The notes under the pieces: generated by a model
Told to the model about the DNA's origin: nothing
Seen by the model: the letters and a program-made list of their open reading frames with translations, nothing else
Database searches by the model: none
Translations under genes and position numbers: made by a program
Part shown: piece by piece, positions 18,403-28,202 of the stretch
Numbering within the stretch: position 1 is the first letter of the stretch
Layout of the letters: each line of letters opens with the position of its first letter
DNA from: a virus
Taxonomy: Duplodnaviria > Caudoviricetes
DNA: 56,640 nucleotides
IMG/VR virus record: IMGVR_UViG_3300049715_000004
Span: 1 to 56,640 of that record
Direction: 5' to 3' (one strand)

Positions 18403-18900
18403 TTATTCGTTTGCATATGCTCTAGCAAGACTGTTGCAAAATGGTAGAATCCATATATGAACAGGGTCTTGTAGCGAAGGTGTTACATGTGGTATAGGTG
18501 AATTTAGTCCATGACTAGATTCTATTGTTCTCATGATATCATCGAATGTATCTTTATCTACCGAACCTAATAGTGGCAACAATGTAATCCTTACATCTAG
18601 TGGATGCATTAGATTCTCTACAACGATAAAGCAATCTTGGTCTTCATTATATTCCATTTTAAATCTAGTCATATCTTGTAGTAAAATTGCCGACCTTACT
18701 ACATCATGAACATATTCAGAACACTGTAATACTTCTAAGAATGTATCCGAAAATTCTAAAGCCTTTTTAGTCTCTTTAATATGTGTAGTTTGATTTTGAT
18801 AGAAATCAGGTACTTTTGATAATGAATCTACTGTAAAACTCCTTATTTTTTCATCTTGGATTTGCTCTATGTCGCTCATAAAGATTTGGAGTAAACTCAT
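18403..18900 (-). CDS. HD-domain-like protein with degenerate motif
   Basis: H...SAILLQD (HD replaced by QD)...HP...IESSHG layout of phage HD proteins. Confidence 0.5.
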   Translation of the reverse strand: MSLLQIFMSDIEQIQDEKIRSFTVDSLSKVPDFYQNQTTHIKETKKALEFSDTFLEVLQCSEYVHDVVRSAILLQDMTRFKMEYNEDQDCFIVVENLMHPLDVRITLLPLLGSVDKDTFDDIMRTIESSHGLNSPIPHVTPSLQDPVHIWILPFCNSLARAYANE

Positions 18901-19460
18901 TATTGCTCACTTCCTAGCTGTTTCAATATCTCAGTTCTAACAATAGTCATTAGAACATCTTTTGTTAATTCCTTAAGTCCTGTGTTGTTTTTTATTACAT
19001 AATCATATTGTCCTTTATTTTTTAATTCTTGATGGTACATAGATAGCCTATTACCTATCTTTTCTATATTGTCACCTCTAGTCTGCATATTTTGAAAACT
19101 ATCTGCAAAACTAGCATATAGGAAAATTGAGACCACATTATCATACTTATCCTTAATCTGATTAAATCCATGATTATCACAAATAAAGAATGCATGACCT
19201 TTATTTAACTTATTACATAACTCCTCTACTGAAAGACCGTAATAGTTTCCATCGTAGAGAGTATTCTCTACTAATCCATTATTTCCAACCATCTCTAGAT
19301 ACTTTCTATATTCAATGAAATTATAGTCTTTTCCTTCTACTTCACCTTCTCGTTTTTGGCGAGTTGTAAAGCTAACTAATTCATTACTCATTACTTCTCT
19401 CATAATAGAAGTTTTGCCTGAACCACTCGGACCTGTTATACAGAATAGTATATTGCTCAT
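18900..19460 (-). CDS. guanylate kinase-like nucleoside monophosphate kinase
   Basis: GPSGSGKT, SFTTRQKREGEVEGKDYNF and YYG motifs. Confidence 0.88.
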   Translation of the reverse strand: MSNILFCITGPSGSGKTSIMREVMSNELVSFTTRQKREGEVEGKDYNFIEYRKYLEMVGNNGLVENTLYDGNYYGLSVEELCNKLNKGHAFFICDNHGFNQIKDKYDNVVSIFLYASFADSFQNMQTRGDNIEKIGNRLSMYHQELKNKGQYDYVIKNNTGLKELTKDVLMTIVRTEILKQLGSEQ

Positions 19461-20035
19461 TTAGTTTCCTCCTTGTATTCTTTCAATAAGAACTCTAGAA
19501 TTTCTAAGAATCTATTTTCTACATGAACATTACCGAATCGTGGAATTTGAACCCCATCGTAAACGATTTCAATATCTTGAAACTCATCAGGATTTAACAT
19601 TAACTGTGGTGCTTCATTACCTAGCATAAAATCATCGTAATGCTTGACTGTTCTCCATTCCTCTTCTGTTGGTTGCGGTAGTTCGAAATGCTTCCACACA
19701 CACTTATGTATAGCATCTTCCATATCGGTATATATCTTTCCTAGTAGCTTCTTAAGTGGTCTTGATACATCTCCTACATATGCTTCCGTTGCATCATGCA
19801 ATAAGCAGTATAATTGAATCTTAGCTGACATGTTATCTTTTCTTGCTTGCTCCGCACATAAAATAGAATGTGTTCCTACACTATAGAAGTAATTAGTGTG
19901 ACCTGTAAACCTACAAATATTTGATAATGCATGAGCAATATCTATTCTATCAACTTCTTCTGCTCTAGGGTCTAGGAGGTAAAAATGCTTACCTGAGTAA
20001 ACCATAATCCATTGTCCTTTACGTTCCATATACAT
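19457..20035 (-). CDS. YfbR-like HD-domain 5'-deoxynucleotidase / phosphohydrolase
   Basis: DIAHALSNICRFTGH..FYSVGTHS...LLHDATEAY.GD...PLK...D...E. Confidence 0.85.
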   Translation of the reverse strand: MYMERKGQWIMVYSGKHFYLLDPRAEEVDRIDIAHALSNICRFTGHTNYFYSVGTHSILCAEQARKDNMSAKIQLYCLLHDATEAYVGDVSRPLKKLLGKIYTDMEDAIHKCVWKHFELPQPTEEEWRTVKHYDDFMLGNEAPQLMLNPDEFQDIEIVYDGVQIPRFGNVHVENRFLEILEFLLKEYKEETK

Positions 20036-20078
20036 CTCTCCTTAGTTGAAAATAGGGAGGGGGTATTAACCCCAACCC

Positions 20079-20351
20079 TTATAATCCGTATAAATCAGAT
20101 TCAATCTCTTTAAATGAATCTCCATATGTAAAACCTGTTATACGACCATTAGCATGCCTATGGTTAAGGTCTTCATCATATGCTCTTTTGTAATATTCTA
20201 ACTTTGCATCAAAATTACTAGTTGGATTAATAATTATTTCTTCACTAGGTATTCCTTCCATCACTACAGTAATAGCAAAATACTTAGAACCTGATTCTTT
20301 TGCTACTTTAAAGCAAGTTTCAAGGTGTTTTATTTTCATGTTATTCGACAC
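20079..20351 (-). CDS. phage hypothetical protein
   Basis: EIIINP..NFD.KLEYYK.AYDEDL pattern resembling small Firmicutes phage proteins. Confidence 0.65.
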   Translation of the reverse strand: MSNNMKIKHLETCFKVAKESGSKYFAITVVMEGIPSEEIIINPTSNFDAKLEYYKRAYDEDLNHRHANGRITGFTYGDSFKEIESDLYGL

Positions 20352-20622
20352 CTTTCATTTGACCTTTTTCAAATTCTCGCTCTTGTCGCAAGAATCCTAC
20401 AAATCCATCTAACTTATCTAGCGCATCTACTAACGCAAAAAACTCACCAATTTCCTTACTATAAAAATCAGGATTTACACATGCAGAAGTTCCTATGATT
20501 TCAAATCCATTATGAGTTTCAATAAGACAAATAGTAGTTTTTCGACCTAGCTTAGTGTATCTTTCAAATACTACATTCTCACTATAAAGTTCTTTTTGAT
20601 ATTCACTTAGTTTTAACTCCAT
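20341..20622 (-). CDS. N4 gp49 / Sf6 gp66 family protein (candidate Acb4-like nucleotide sponge)
   Basis: TTIC...NGFEIIGTSACVNP..Y..EIG..A...A..KL...GF signature. Confidence 0.7.
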   Translation of the reverse strand: MELKLSEYQKELYSENVVFERYTKLGRKTTICLIETHNGFEIIGTSACVNPDFYSKEIGEFFALVDALDKLDGFVGFLRQEREFEKGQMKGVE

Positions 20623-21794
20623 TATTCTTTTACCTTCTTTCTTCGTAATGTAGGTGCGATAAAGTAAGACTCTGCTGTTTCATCTAGCATCTGTTGAATT
20701 TCTTCGTTTCCTTTTATTAACTTATCAACATCACCTTTATTTACTGATAGCAATTTATCAAAATCTTTAGGGAACGCTGTAATAACAGTTGAAACATCGT
20801 AATTCTTTCTAATGTTATTTGTAACATATAGTTGACCGCCAGTTACTTTGATTGGCTCATTATCGGTTGATTTCAATTCCTCTTTGAACTTATTCTCAAT
20901 TTCAAATTTCCTATCTTTAAGAATTTTCATAAGAGTATTCACTCTTGTTAACTCTTCATCCATATCTGTAAATTCTCTTTCCTTTTCAACATCAGGGTCA
21001 GTTGCTAGTAACTCTAGGTAAGCATGGCAACCATGACGAGCATCGCACCAACCACAATATTTATTTAATGTAGCTTTAGGTGATGTGTCTTCTTTAATTT
21101 GATGGTACATATGGATTAACCAATCTTTGAATATTTCCAGTTCCTCGTCTGTTCTGTATGAGTAAACTCTTTCTCTCAATCTAACATAGTCAAGTTCAAG
21201 GACAACATTCTCAAATTCAGGATACATATATTGAGCAACTAAAGCATACATGCTTAACTGTTCATCTGAACTTGCTTCTTCTCTTGATAATGCAACTCGA
21301 CTTGTTTTATAGTCTCTGATTTTAAGTGTTGCTCCATCAGGCATAACATCAATTCTGTCAATGAATCCATATATGTATGGCTTATCGTCATTTTCTAATT
21401 TTTCTAGGAACACCTTAATCTGTTCATAATCAGAAAAGTCTACTCCATCTGTATCAACAACAGTGTTATCTAATATGTTAATAGCGAATGGTACTTCAAA
21501 ACCAATTGCCATAATTTCATCTTTGTTATTATCCATTTCAAAGTTTTCAACCATCTCAATACCATCTTTATAATATTGAAGGTCTACAACGTCTGCTTTT
21601 CTCCATTCTTCCTCATAGATTTCACGAATGTCTTTATCTTCCTGAAACCATCTTTCGAATACTGTATGAAGCATAGTTCCAAATCGTAAATGAATCGCAT
21701 CAGACCGTACTTTATTTTCATATGCCTGATAATATTTTTCTGAACACTGTAAATATGTTTTTAATCTTGATGCTGATAAATAATGAATTATCAT
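20622..21794 (-). CDS. RecB/Cas4-like PD-(D/E)xK exonuclease
   Basis: LSASRL..Y..C, G...H, GFIDRID, DYKT, QL..Y and C..C.....C motifs. Confidence 0.85.
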   Translation of the reverse strand: MIIHYLSASRLKTYLQCSEKYYQAYENKVRSDAIHLRFGTMLHTVFERWFQEDKDIREIYEEEWRKADVVDLQYYKDGIEMVENFEMDNNKDEIMAIGFEVPFAINILDNTVVDTDGVDFSDYEQIKVFLEKLENDDKPYIYGFIDRIDVMPDGATLKIRDYKTSRVALSREEASSDEQLSMYALVAQYMYPEFENVVLELDYVRLRERVYSYRTDEELEIFKDWLIHMYHQIKEDTSPKATLNKYCGWCDARHGCHAYLELLATDPDVEKEREFTDMDEELTRVNTLMKILKDRKFEIENKFKEELKSTDNEPIKVTGGQLYVTNNIRKNYDVSTVITAFPKDFDKLLSVNKGDVDKLIKGNEEIQQMLDETAESYFIAPTLRRKKVKE

Positions 21795-21842
21795 ATAATC
21801 ACTCCTTAAAAATCAGTGGGGGACTAATGCCCCCTATGTATT

Positions 21843-22085
21843 TTACTTTCTATGTTTTGCGATTTCAGCCTTAACTTCATCAACTGTATATCTAGCTAAT
21901 CCATAAATTAAGATTAAGTCGCTAATACCAACTGTGCGGAAGAATGTTTCTCCGTTCTTGTATCGACCAGTTACAATCATGTAACCAACATCTTCTAGGT
22001 TAAGTACATCTGCCACACCTTTAACTTTTTCAGGTGCTACCTCTGTGAATGGTACGTCAATAATGTCATCTCGTTTGTTTTGCAT
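21843..22085 (-). CDS. hypothetical protein
   Basis: 80-aa ORF with AAGGAGG RBS. Confidence 0.65.
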   Translation of the reverse strand: MQNKRDDIIDVPFTEVAPEKVKGVADVLNLEDVGYMIVTGRYKNGETFFRTVGISDLILIYGLARYTVDEVKAEIAKHRK

Positions 22086-22113
22086 TTGTTTTCCTCCTTA
22101 TCATTATAGTATA

Positions 22114-22142
22114 ATTATATTATAAATTAATAGAAAAGTCAA
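22114..22142 (-). promoter_or_regulatory. sigma-A-type promoter overlapping the 3' end of the sigma gene
   Basis: cccTTGACT-17-TATAAT. Confidence 0.65.
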
Positions 22143-22752
22143 GGGTATACCGTTTTTTATATTCCTCTTCTATTTTTTCTAAACCTCTTCGTATAATGGA
22201 ATAAATATTGTGATACTTCATTTCCATTATGTCAGAAATATCTCTAGGTCTTAAGTCATGGAATAAATATAATTTTAATATCTTTGACTTTTCTTCATCG
22301 AACATTGATGTTATTATTCTATCCACATTATCTCTGAATTGATGTTGAAATGCTATATCCTCAACTGTAGCCATTGCGATAATAGAATACCTTGTGTCAA
22401 TATCTCTTTCCAATCCTACCATAACTTCTTTTATTGTGAATATGTTTCTCATTTCAGCGTTCCAATACTCTAATTCTCTGTTGCATTGGTTTACCATGAA
22501 AGTCTTAGCATAGCTAAGGAAACTAGGATTCATAGGGTCATATTCTACACATGCTTCGTATAGTGCATTACGACATATTGCATAAAAATCATCATATTCA
22601 AACTTAATATGTAGACCTGAATAGTAATCTGATAGGTGAACCATGAGAGGTTTAGATAACCTCTCTAGTTCTCCGAATGAATCAGGGTCTCCTTCTTTAG
22701 CCTTTCTCACTAATCGCTTTGTCTTTTCCTGCTCAAATTGTAACGGTGTCAT
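22120..22752 (-). CDS. phage RNA polymerase sigma-70 family factor
   Basis: LV.KAKEGD..SF.EL, region 2 (DD......ALYEA..EYDP...SF.SYA) and region 4 HTH (DISDIM...IYSIIRRGLEKI). Confidence 0.85.
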   Translation of the reverse strand: MTPLQFEQEKTKRLVRKAKEGDPDSFGELERLSKPLMVHLSDYYSGLHIKFEYDDFYAICRNALYEACVEYDPMNPSFLSYAKTFMVNQCNRELEYWNAEMRNIFTIKEVMVGLERDIDTRYSIIAMATVEDIAFQHQFRDNVDRIITSMFDEEKSKILKLYLFHDLRPRDISDIMEMKYHNIYSIIRRGLEKIEEEYKKRYTLDFSINL

Positions 22753-25175
22753 TATGCTACATCCAACCTTTCTATTTCATTTGAAATTTCATCTTCTTTG
22801 TCATATAAGCTGACTAGTTCATTTGTAATTTCAACGATAAGGTTGGCATCTTCACCTAGCAGGTCAACAACTTCTTCAATTTCACGAATGAATTTGCGAA
22901 CTTCTAAAAGCTGTTCCATTAATTCATGCCTTGCTAATGTCTTTGCCGAGTTGCGATTAACTTCTACTAATTCAACAACATTAACTTGTGGATTCTCATT
23001 GAAGTAATCAATATTACCTTTTATAAATATTATCTTTCCTTCTTTGATAATGTTATATAATTGCTCATATTGTTGATTAAAGACAGTACATCTAACATCA
23101 CCTTGGTAAGCATCCTCAATTACGATACTAGCCATCTTCTTGCCTTCATTTCTTCCACGCTTTATGGTGATTTCTTTTATTTGTTTAATTACTCCACCAG
23201 TAATAACGAATTGTCCTTGTGGTAATCTTTCGTACTCAACTTCATCACTTTCAGATTCAGTATCGCTAATAATATAATTTCCTTCTTCGTCTTCTACATC
23301 AAGAAAATTAGAGACCTTATGCTCTATTGGATAACCATTATTAATTACATCAGCAGGATGAGTTGTTTTGCTTTGGATATAGTGAATTAATCCTTCTAAT
23401 GGATGGTGTGTCATATAAAAACCTGTTAGCGTTTTTTCCATATTGCATAGTTCTTCATTTGAAAACTCCTCAACTTCTTCTACTTCATAATCATAGAATG
23501 GCTGAAAGAAAACACTTATGTCTTGAACTGGATGCTTTCTTTTTTTATTTCCTGCGATTTTCTTTTTAACGCTTGCGCTTATTTCAAGTAAGTCTTCTGC
23601 TACCTTAACAAGTGTTCTGCGATTATAGCCTAAGAAATCAAATGCTCCTGCTTGTGCTAATGCAAGTACAACTGTCTTATTTACTGCTGAACCTGTCTGC
23701 ATGATGAAGTCAGAAATAGTTTGGAATCCTTGTTTAAAACGAACTGCAAGGATATTCTCTACTGCTTTCGTACCTACACCTTTAATACCATTCAAGCTAA
23801 AGTGAACACCTTTACGGTCAGCAGATACTTCAAATTTCAATGTTGAACGGTTTACATCAGGTGCTAGTAGTTTTAGTCCTAGTTTCCTAGTCTCGTTCAA
23901 GTATGGGACAATCTTTTCTAGCTTCTCACCAATATATGATGTCAGTACACTAGCCATAAAGAACTCAGGATAATATGTTTTTAACCACATGGATTGATAT
24001 GCTAAGATTGCATAGGCAGTTGAGTGAGATTTATTGAATCCGTATCGACCAAAGGTTTGAACCTGACTCCAAATAAATTCAGCTAGTTCTTTTGGACTCA
24101 TATCTTGATGTGGAGATTCTTTACATCCATCAACGAATTGTTCATTTTTTAAACATCCATTTACGAACTTATCTCTTTGCTCAGGCATTTTATCCATCAA
24201 TTTTTTACCTACTACCTTACGCAATTCATCTGATTCAGGCAATGAATATTTTGCTAATGCAACTGAACCAAACATAAGTTGCTCTTGGTATACGAAGATA
24301 CCGTATGTAGGCTTTTGGATATCTTCAAGTAGTGGATGGTCATATGTTACTTCCTGCTCACCACTAGCACGAGCCATATAGATATCAACCATAGTCTTTC
24401 CGTAGTTAGGGTCATTCTCGTCTTCTATCTTCATATCTAGCGGACCTGGTCTATATAGCGAGTTTACAGCACTCAAGTCTTCGATTGATGTTGGCTTCTG
24501 TTTCTTAAGTAACGCTTTCATTCCATCAGATTCAAACTGGAATATTCCTAGAGATTCTCCTTCTTGGAATTTATCAAATACTTTCGGGTCTGAGAAGTTA
24601 ATCTTATCAATTTCGATATGTTCGCCTAGATGTTCGTAAATAGAATTAACTGTATTTTTGATAACGGTTAATGTTCTTAATCGTAGATAATCCATCTTTA
24701 CGAATCCAAGTGTTTCTAACTCAACCATATCAAACTGTGCTGTTAAATCTCCGTTTTTACCCTTCAATGGTACTAGGTCAGTTAGCGGAAATGGCGATAT
24801 GACTATACCCGCCGCATGTTGTGAGGTATGCCTTTGTAACCCTTCTAAGCGCAATGATGCATCAATGATTCGTTTAAAATCCTCGTCTTCATCATATAAA
24901 TTCTTGAAGTCGCTATACTTAGCAAGTATGTCTTTAATCTTAATACCTAACTCAGTAACCTTTTTGGTTAATGTATTGATGGTGTTATAGTCATACCTTA
25001 GTACTCGTGCTACATCCTTGATAACTGCCTTAGCTGACAATGTACCATATGTACCAATCTTACATACTCTATCATGACCATATTTCTCTTTTGTATAGTC
25101 GATTACTTCTTGAATCCTGTCATAACAAAAATCAAGGTCCACATCGGGCATTGATATTCTGTGTGGGTTAAGGAA
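22752..25175 (-). CDS. dnaE: DNA polymerase III alpha subunit, exon 2 (807 aa)
   Basis: Begins FLNPHRISMPDVDLDF; HAAG, KMDYL, GIFQFES, YRPGP and YGFNKSHS motifs and an OB domain. The spliced product would be 1267 aa. Confidence 0.95.
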   Translation of the reverse strand, partial: FLNPHRISMPDVDLDFCYDRIQEVIDYTKEKYGHDRVCKIGTYGTLSAKAVIKDVARVLRYDYNTINTLTKKVTELGIKIKDILAKYSDFKNLYDEDEDFKRIIDASLRLEGLQRHTSQHAAGIVISPFPLTDLVPLKGKNGDLTAQFDMVELETLGFVKMDYLRLRTLTVIKNTVNSIYEHLGEHIEIDKINFSDPKVFDKFQEGESLGIFQFESDGMKALLKKQKPTSIEDLSAVNSLYRPGPLDMKIEDENDPNYGKTMVDIYMARASGEQEVTYDHPLLEDIQKPTYGIFVYQEQLMFGSVALAKYSLPESDELRKVVGKKLMDKMPEQRDKFVNGCLKNEQFVDGCKESPHQDMSPKELAEFIWSQVQTFGRYGFNKSHSTAYAILAYQSMWLKTYYPEFFMASVLTSYIGEKLEKIVPYLNETRKLGLKLLAPDVNRSTLKFEVSADRKGVHFSLNGIKGVGTKAVENILAVRFKQGFQTISDFIMQTGSAVNKTVVLALAQAGAFDFLGYNRRTLVKVAEDLLEISASVKKKIAGNKKRKHPVQDISVFFQPFYDYEVEEVEEFSNEELCNMEKTLTGFYMTHHPLEGLIHYIQSKTTHPADVINNGYPIEHKVSNFLDVEDEEGNYIISDTESESDEVEYERLPQGQFVITGGVIKQIKEITIKRGRNEGKKMASIVIEDAYQGDVRCTVFNQQYEQLYNIIKEGKIIFIKGNIDYFNENPQVNVVELVEVNRNSAKTLARHELMEQLLEVRKFIREIEEVVDLLGEDANLIVEITNELVSLYDKEDEISNEIERLDVA

Positions 25176-26222
25176 CAATTATGTTATCGGTAGGCTCTTT
25201 ATCCTACCTTCTCATGCTTTCACATGAGTTCAGACTATATCATCATAAAATACAGCTTTCTTTCTACCAATGTATATTGTGGCATTATCATACATTATGT
25301 ATGATAACTTAGCTATGTCACCTTTTCTATATACTCTAAGGTACTTAGCTTGACCCCTAGAATCATCTACGATTGCAGAATTAATACCGAAACTTCTTAG
25401 TTGCTCCTGTAAGCCATTAAGGAAATTATCACTAGCACCTGTTACACTTACTACTTTGTAATTTCCATTCCTATATACACTACCATCACCATCAAACACA
25501 CCCCTTAAAAAATGACCAAAGTTTTCATTATCAATCTTTGGATAAGCTAGTGTATGTGACTTTCTTTGCTCTAGTCCTTGTTCTTTAAGATATTCAATCG
25601 CATCTCTATTCATATTGACTAGTGCATATCCTTCTTGATGGCTACTGCTTCTAGGCTTACTAATATAGATTTTTCGGTCAGGACACATAATCGGATGGAG
25701 TTGTTCAACAATATCCATATCAGTTGTGGATATTGTAATCCTTTCACTCTTGCCCTCTTGTTGAGATAGGCAACCATCTGTCCAAATTAATCCTATCATA
25801 TAATTCTTTACTTCCTCACTATGCTCTAGAAAGTTTGGGTCTTTACTCAATTGCTTATGTGTGTTGCTACAAGTTATTGAGCAATATTGGTTATTTCTTT
25901 TTGGCATTTTGCCACCACAATTTAAACATTTCTTTTCCATTCTACTCACCTCGTACAATTAGGATTTATGATACTACCTATTATATACTTTGGCTTTCGC
26001 TGTATTTTATGCTCTGCTTTCGTGGGATATTCATCATAGCTTCTGCCTTAGATTACTAATCCTAGTCGTTGAGCCTTCATCCTATTTCTAGGAAGCTTGG
26101 TTGCTGATTGTCCAATCCTTGCTATTTTTAACCTTCACGATTATCATTACTGATTGCGTTGTGGTTAGCAAGGCTCTAAGGAGTTTCCAGCAATTAACAG
26201 AGTTTAATGAACGCATCTGTTT
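25176..26222 (-). mobile_element. group I self-splicing intron (1047 nt) in dnaE
   Basis: 5' exon ends ...GAGCGU and pairs with intron GCGUUC (P1, U-G wobble at the splice site). P element AAUUGCUGGAAA, Q AAUCAGCA, R UCAACGACUA, S-like GAUAUAGUC. P3 CUCUGUU/AGCAGAG; perfect 13-bp P8 (25999-26011 with 25244-25256); P9 CUCAUG/CAUGAG and GGUAGG/CCUACC; terminal G at 25176. Excision restores LLFER-FLNP. Confidence 0.95.
25230..25940 (-). CDS. intron-encoded LAGLIDADG homing endonuclease with N-terminal zinc finger
   Basis: YMIGLIWTDGC and FLRGVFDGDGS motifs; CxxC...YCSxxC; GAGGTG RBS before the ATG at 25940. It lies in the P8 loop and its last codons (YDDIV*) overlap the S element. Confidence 0.9.
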   Translation of the reverse strand: MEKKCLNCGGKMPKRNNQYCSITCSNTHKQLSKDPNFLEHSEEVKNYMIGLIWTDGCLSQQEGKSERITISTTDMDIVEQLHPIMCPDRKIYISKPRSSSHQEGYALVNMNRDAIEYLKEQGLEQRKSHTLAYPKIDNENFGHFLRGVFDGDGSVYRNGNYKVVSVTGASDNFLNGLQEQLRSFGINSAIVDDSRGQAKYLRVYRKGDIAKLSYIMYDNATIYIGRKKAVFYDDIV

Positions 26223-27602
26223 ACGCTCAAATAATAGATTATAATGCAATGGGTCAACATCTGTAATACGAAGTGAGTATGCAACTAGAGAGCCTGCACC
26301 TGAGCCACGACCTTTTCCAACAGGGATATCTTCTTCTCTACAGAAGCGCAAAACATCCCACAGGATGATAAAATATGTTGGGAATCCCATATCATTAACG
26401 ACACCCATCTCATATTCTAGTCGTTCCCAATAGTCTTTCTCAGTGTAACCTTCTAGGTCAACTTCACCATGTTCAATACGCTCTTTAAGTCCTTCTTTCG
26501 ATAAGTGCTCAAAGTATGACTCCTTACTTGCAAATGGCATTGGAATTGGGAAGTCAGGGAATAAATAGTCTTTGGTTTTCCATTTGCCTACTAACTTGCC
26601 TTTCTTTTCTTCTACTCCTTTTAACTCAATATAGTCATCAAATGTTACATTACAACGCTCTGCGACCATATTTGTATTAATGAGTGCTTGCACAGCTTCT
26701 TCTCCGAATTGCAAAGCCATCTCAAGCATTTCATCGTCATCTTTAACATAGAACTCATCAGTATTTGAGAATCCTTCATACACACCATTTACTAGTTCAT
26801 CGTAATACTGACCGATACCATTAGCAAAGTGAATCCTATGAGCATCTGCATCTGACCTCCATGTATAGTGCGAGTCATTTGTCATAACAAGCTGAACATT
26901 GTGGTCATGTGCTAATTTAATAGTTAGAGGGTTTAATATCTTTTCAATCTCCAAACCATGATTTTGAAGTTCAAGATAATACCTGTCTCCAAATACTTCT
27001 TTATACCATAAACTTAGATTATATGCTCTTTCCATTTCTCTGTTGGCGACATCTTCTTCTCCGTTGTCTAATGCTATGCTACTTCTTTCAAAAGACCTTG
27101 CTATATCAGTTCCTACATGGGCATTAATAGCTATTACACCTTTACTATATTTCTTCAAAATTTCATAGTCAATTCTTGGCTTGCCATAGAAACCTTCGTT
27201 AAAACTTAAAGTGGTAAGTTTGCATAGATTCTGATAGCCTTCAAAATTTTCTGCTAGAAGAACTAAGTGACAAATTTCGTGTACAAAATCATCACCTGCA
27301 TGCTCTTCCACAACCATAAATTCACTTTTTTGTTGCAACTGCCTAGCATCTGTTATGTATGCTTCAAATCCAAGAATAGGCTTTATGTCATTTACCAAAC
27401 ATGTTTGATAGAAACGAAAGGTCTGATGCATGTTACCGTGGTCTGTGATAGCACATGTTTTATGTCCGATTTCTTTTAACCTTTTTATTAAACTTGGCAA
27501 GTCATTCATACCATCAAGATGAGAGCCATCTGTATGAAGGTGGAGATTAATATAACCTTTTTTCTTGTACTCTTTTATTAGCTGTTTGTTCAACTGCAAC
27601 AC
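26223..27602 (-). CDS. dnaE: DNA polymerase III alpha subunit, exon 1 (460 aa; PHP domain and start of palm)
   Basis: [30 protein letters not shown] and [25 protein letters not shown]. Confidence 0.95.
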
Positions 27603-27622
27603 CGCCCTCTCCTAATACTTAT

Positions 27623-27651
27623 ATTATACTTGAATTATAACAAAAAGTCAA
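27623..27651 (-). promoter_or_regulatory. sigma-A-type promoter for dnaE
   Basis: ccTTGACT-17-TATAAT. Confidence 0.75.
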
Positions 27652-27660
27652 GGAAATACA

Positions 27661-27682
27661 AAAAGGGAGTTTTTATACTCCC
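27661..27682 (-). terminator. intrinsic terminator
   Basis: GGGAGT...ACTCCC stem followed by a T-run on the minus strand. Confidence 0.6.
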
Positions 27683-28188
27683 ATTTCAACCTTGTAATTT
27701 ACTACTGCTTGACAACCTTGCATTGTATTAACAAACATATTAAAATCTTGCATAAACTTAGCTTGATTAAATGTGAACATTCCTACATAATCTTGAATTG
27801 GAGAAATATTATTAGGGTCTCCATTTTCCTCAATTATTTTCATCAATTGTACATATTTAAATGAAACCCAATCCAATAGTCTTCCGAATATTATTGATGG
27901 TATAGCATCTAATGAACTCTCATACATTGATTGGCTAGTGTTTGGGTCTTGCTGTTTAAATTTAACAATAGCATCTAAGTTAGCATCAACTGTTTGAAGC
28001 ATAGACAATCTCACATTTAATTTATCAAAATCAAATATTACATATTCATTATAGTTTACATGATTAACAGGGTCAGCAATAAAATGACTTAGATTGATTG
28101 CTTCATTGTGAATCCAACCTTGTAGTGTCATAACCAAGTTGACATCCATTTGGTCTGCTCCTGCCAAATATTCAGTTCTAGTAGTCAC
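27673..28188 (-). CDS. hypothetical protein with an internal two-fold repeat
   Basis: 171 aa, AAGGAG RBS; the two halves share a motif pattern. Confidence 0.65.
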   Translation of the reverse strand: MTTRTEYLAGADQMDVNLVMTLQGWIHNEAINLSHFIADPVNHVNYNEYVIFDFDKLNVRLSMLQTVDANLDAIVKFKQQDPNTSQSMYESSLDAIPSIIFGRLLDWVSFKYVQLMKIIEENGDPNNISPIQDYVGMFTFNQAKFMQDFNMFVNTMQGCQAVVNYKVEMGV

Positions 28189-28202
28189 AATAAATCAACT
28201 CC

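Noticed and set aside
19457-20035. 2-aminoadenine (Z-genome) pathway suggested by the HD hydrolase
   Set aside because: No PurZ-like gene in the window; YfbR-like HD proteins are common in phages.
20622-21794. CRISPR-Cas locus suggested by the Cas4-like nuclease
   Set aside because: No repeat-spacer array or other cas genes seen; this fits a stand-alone phage exonuclease.
26088-26222. C-terminal 44 aa of the 504-aa DnaE ORF and the TTG start of the 808-aa ORF
   Set aside because: Both are intron sequence (read-through into P1-P6, and the terminal UUG). This is not a two-subunit polymerase.
22752-27602. Split intein explanation for the divided dnaE
   Set aside because: No intein N- or C-terminal motifs at the break; the usual YxFNKSH intein site is uninterrupted; RNA structure explains the split.
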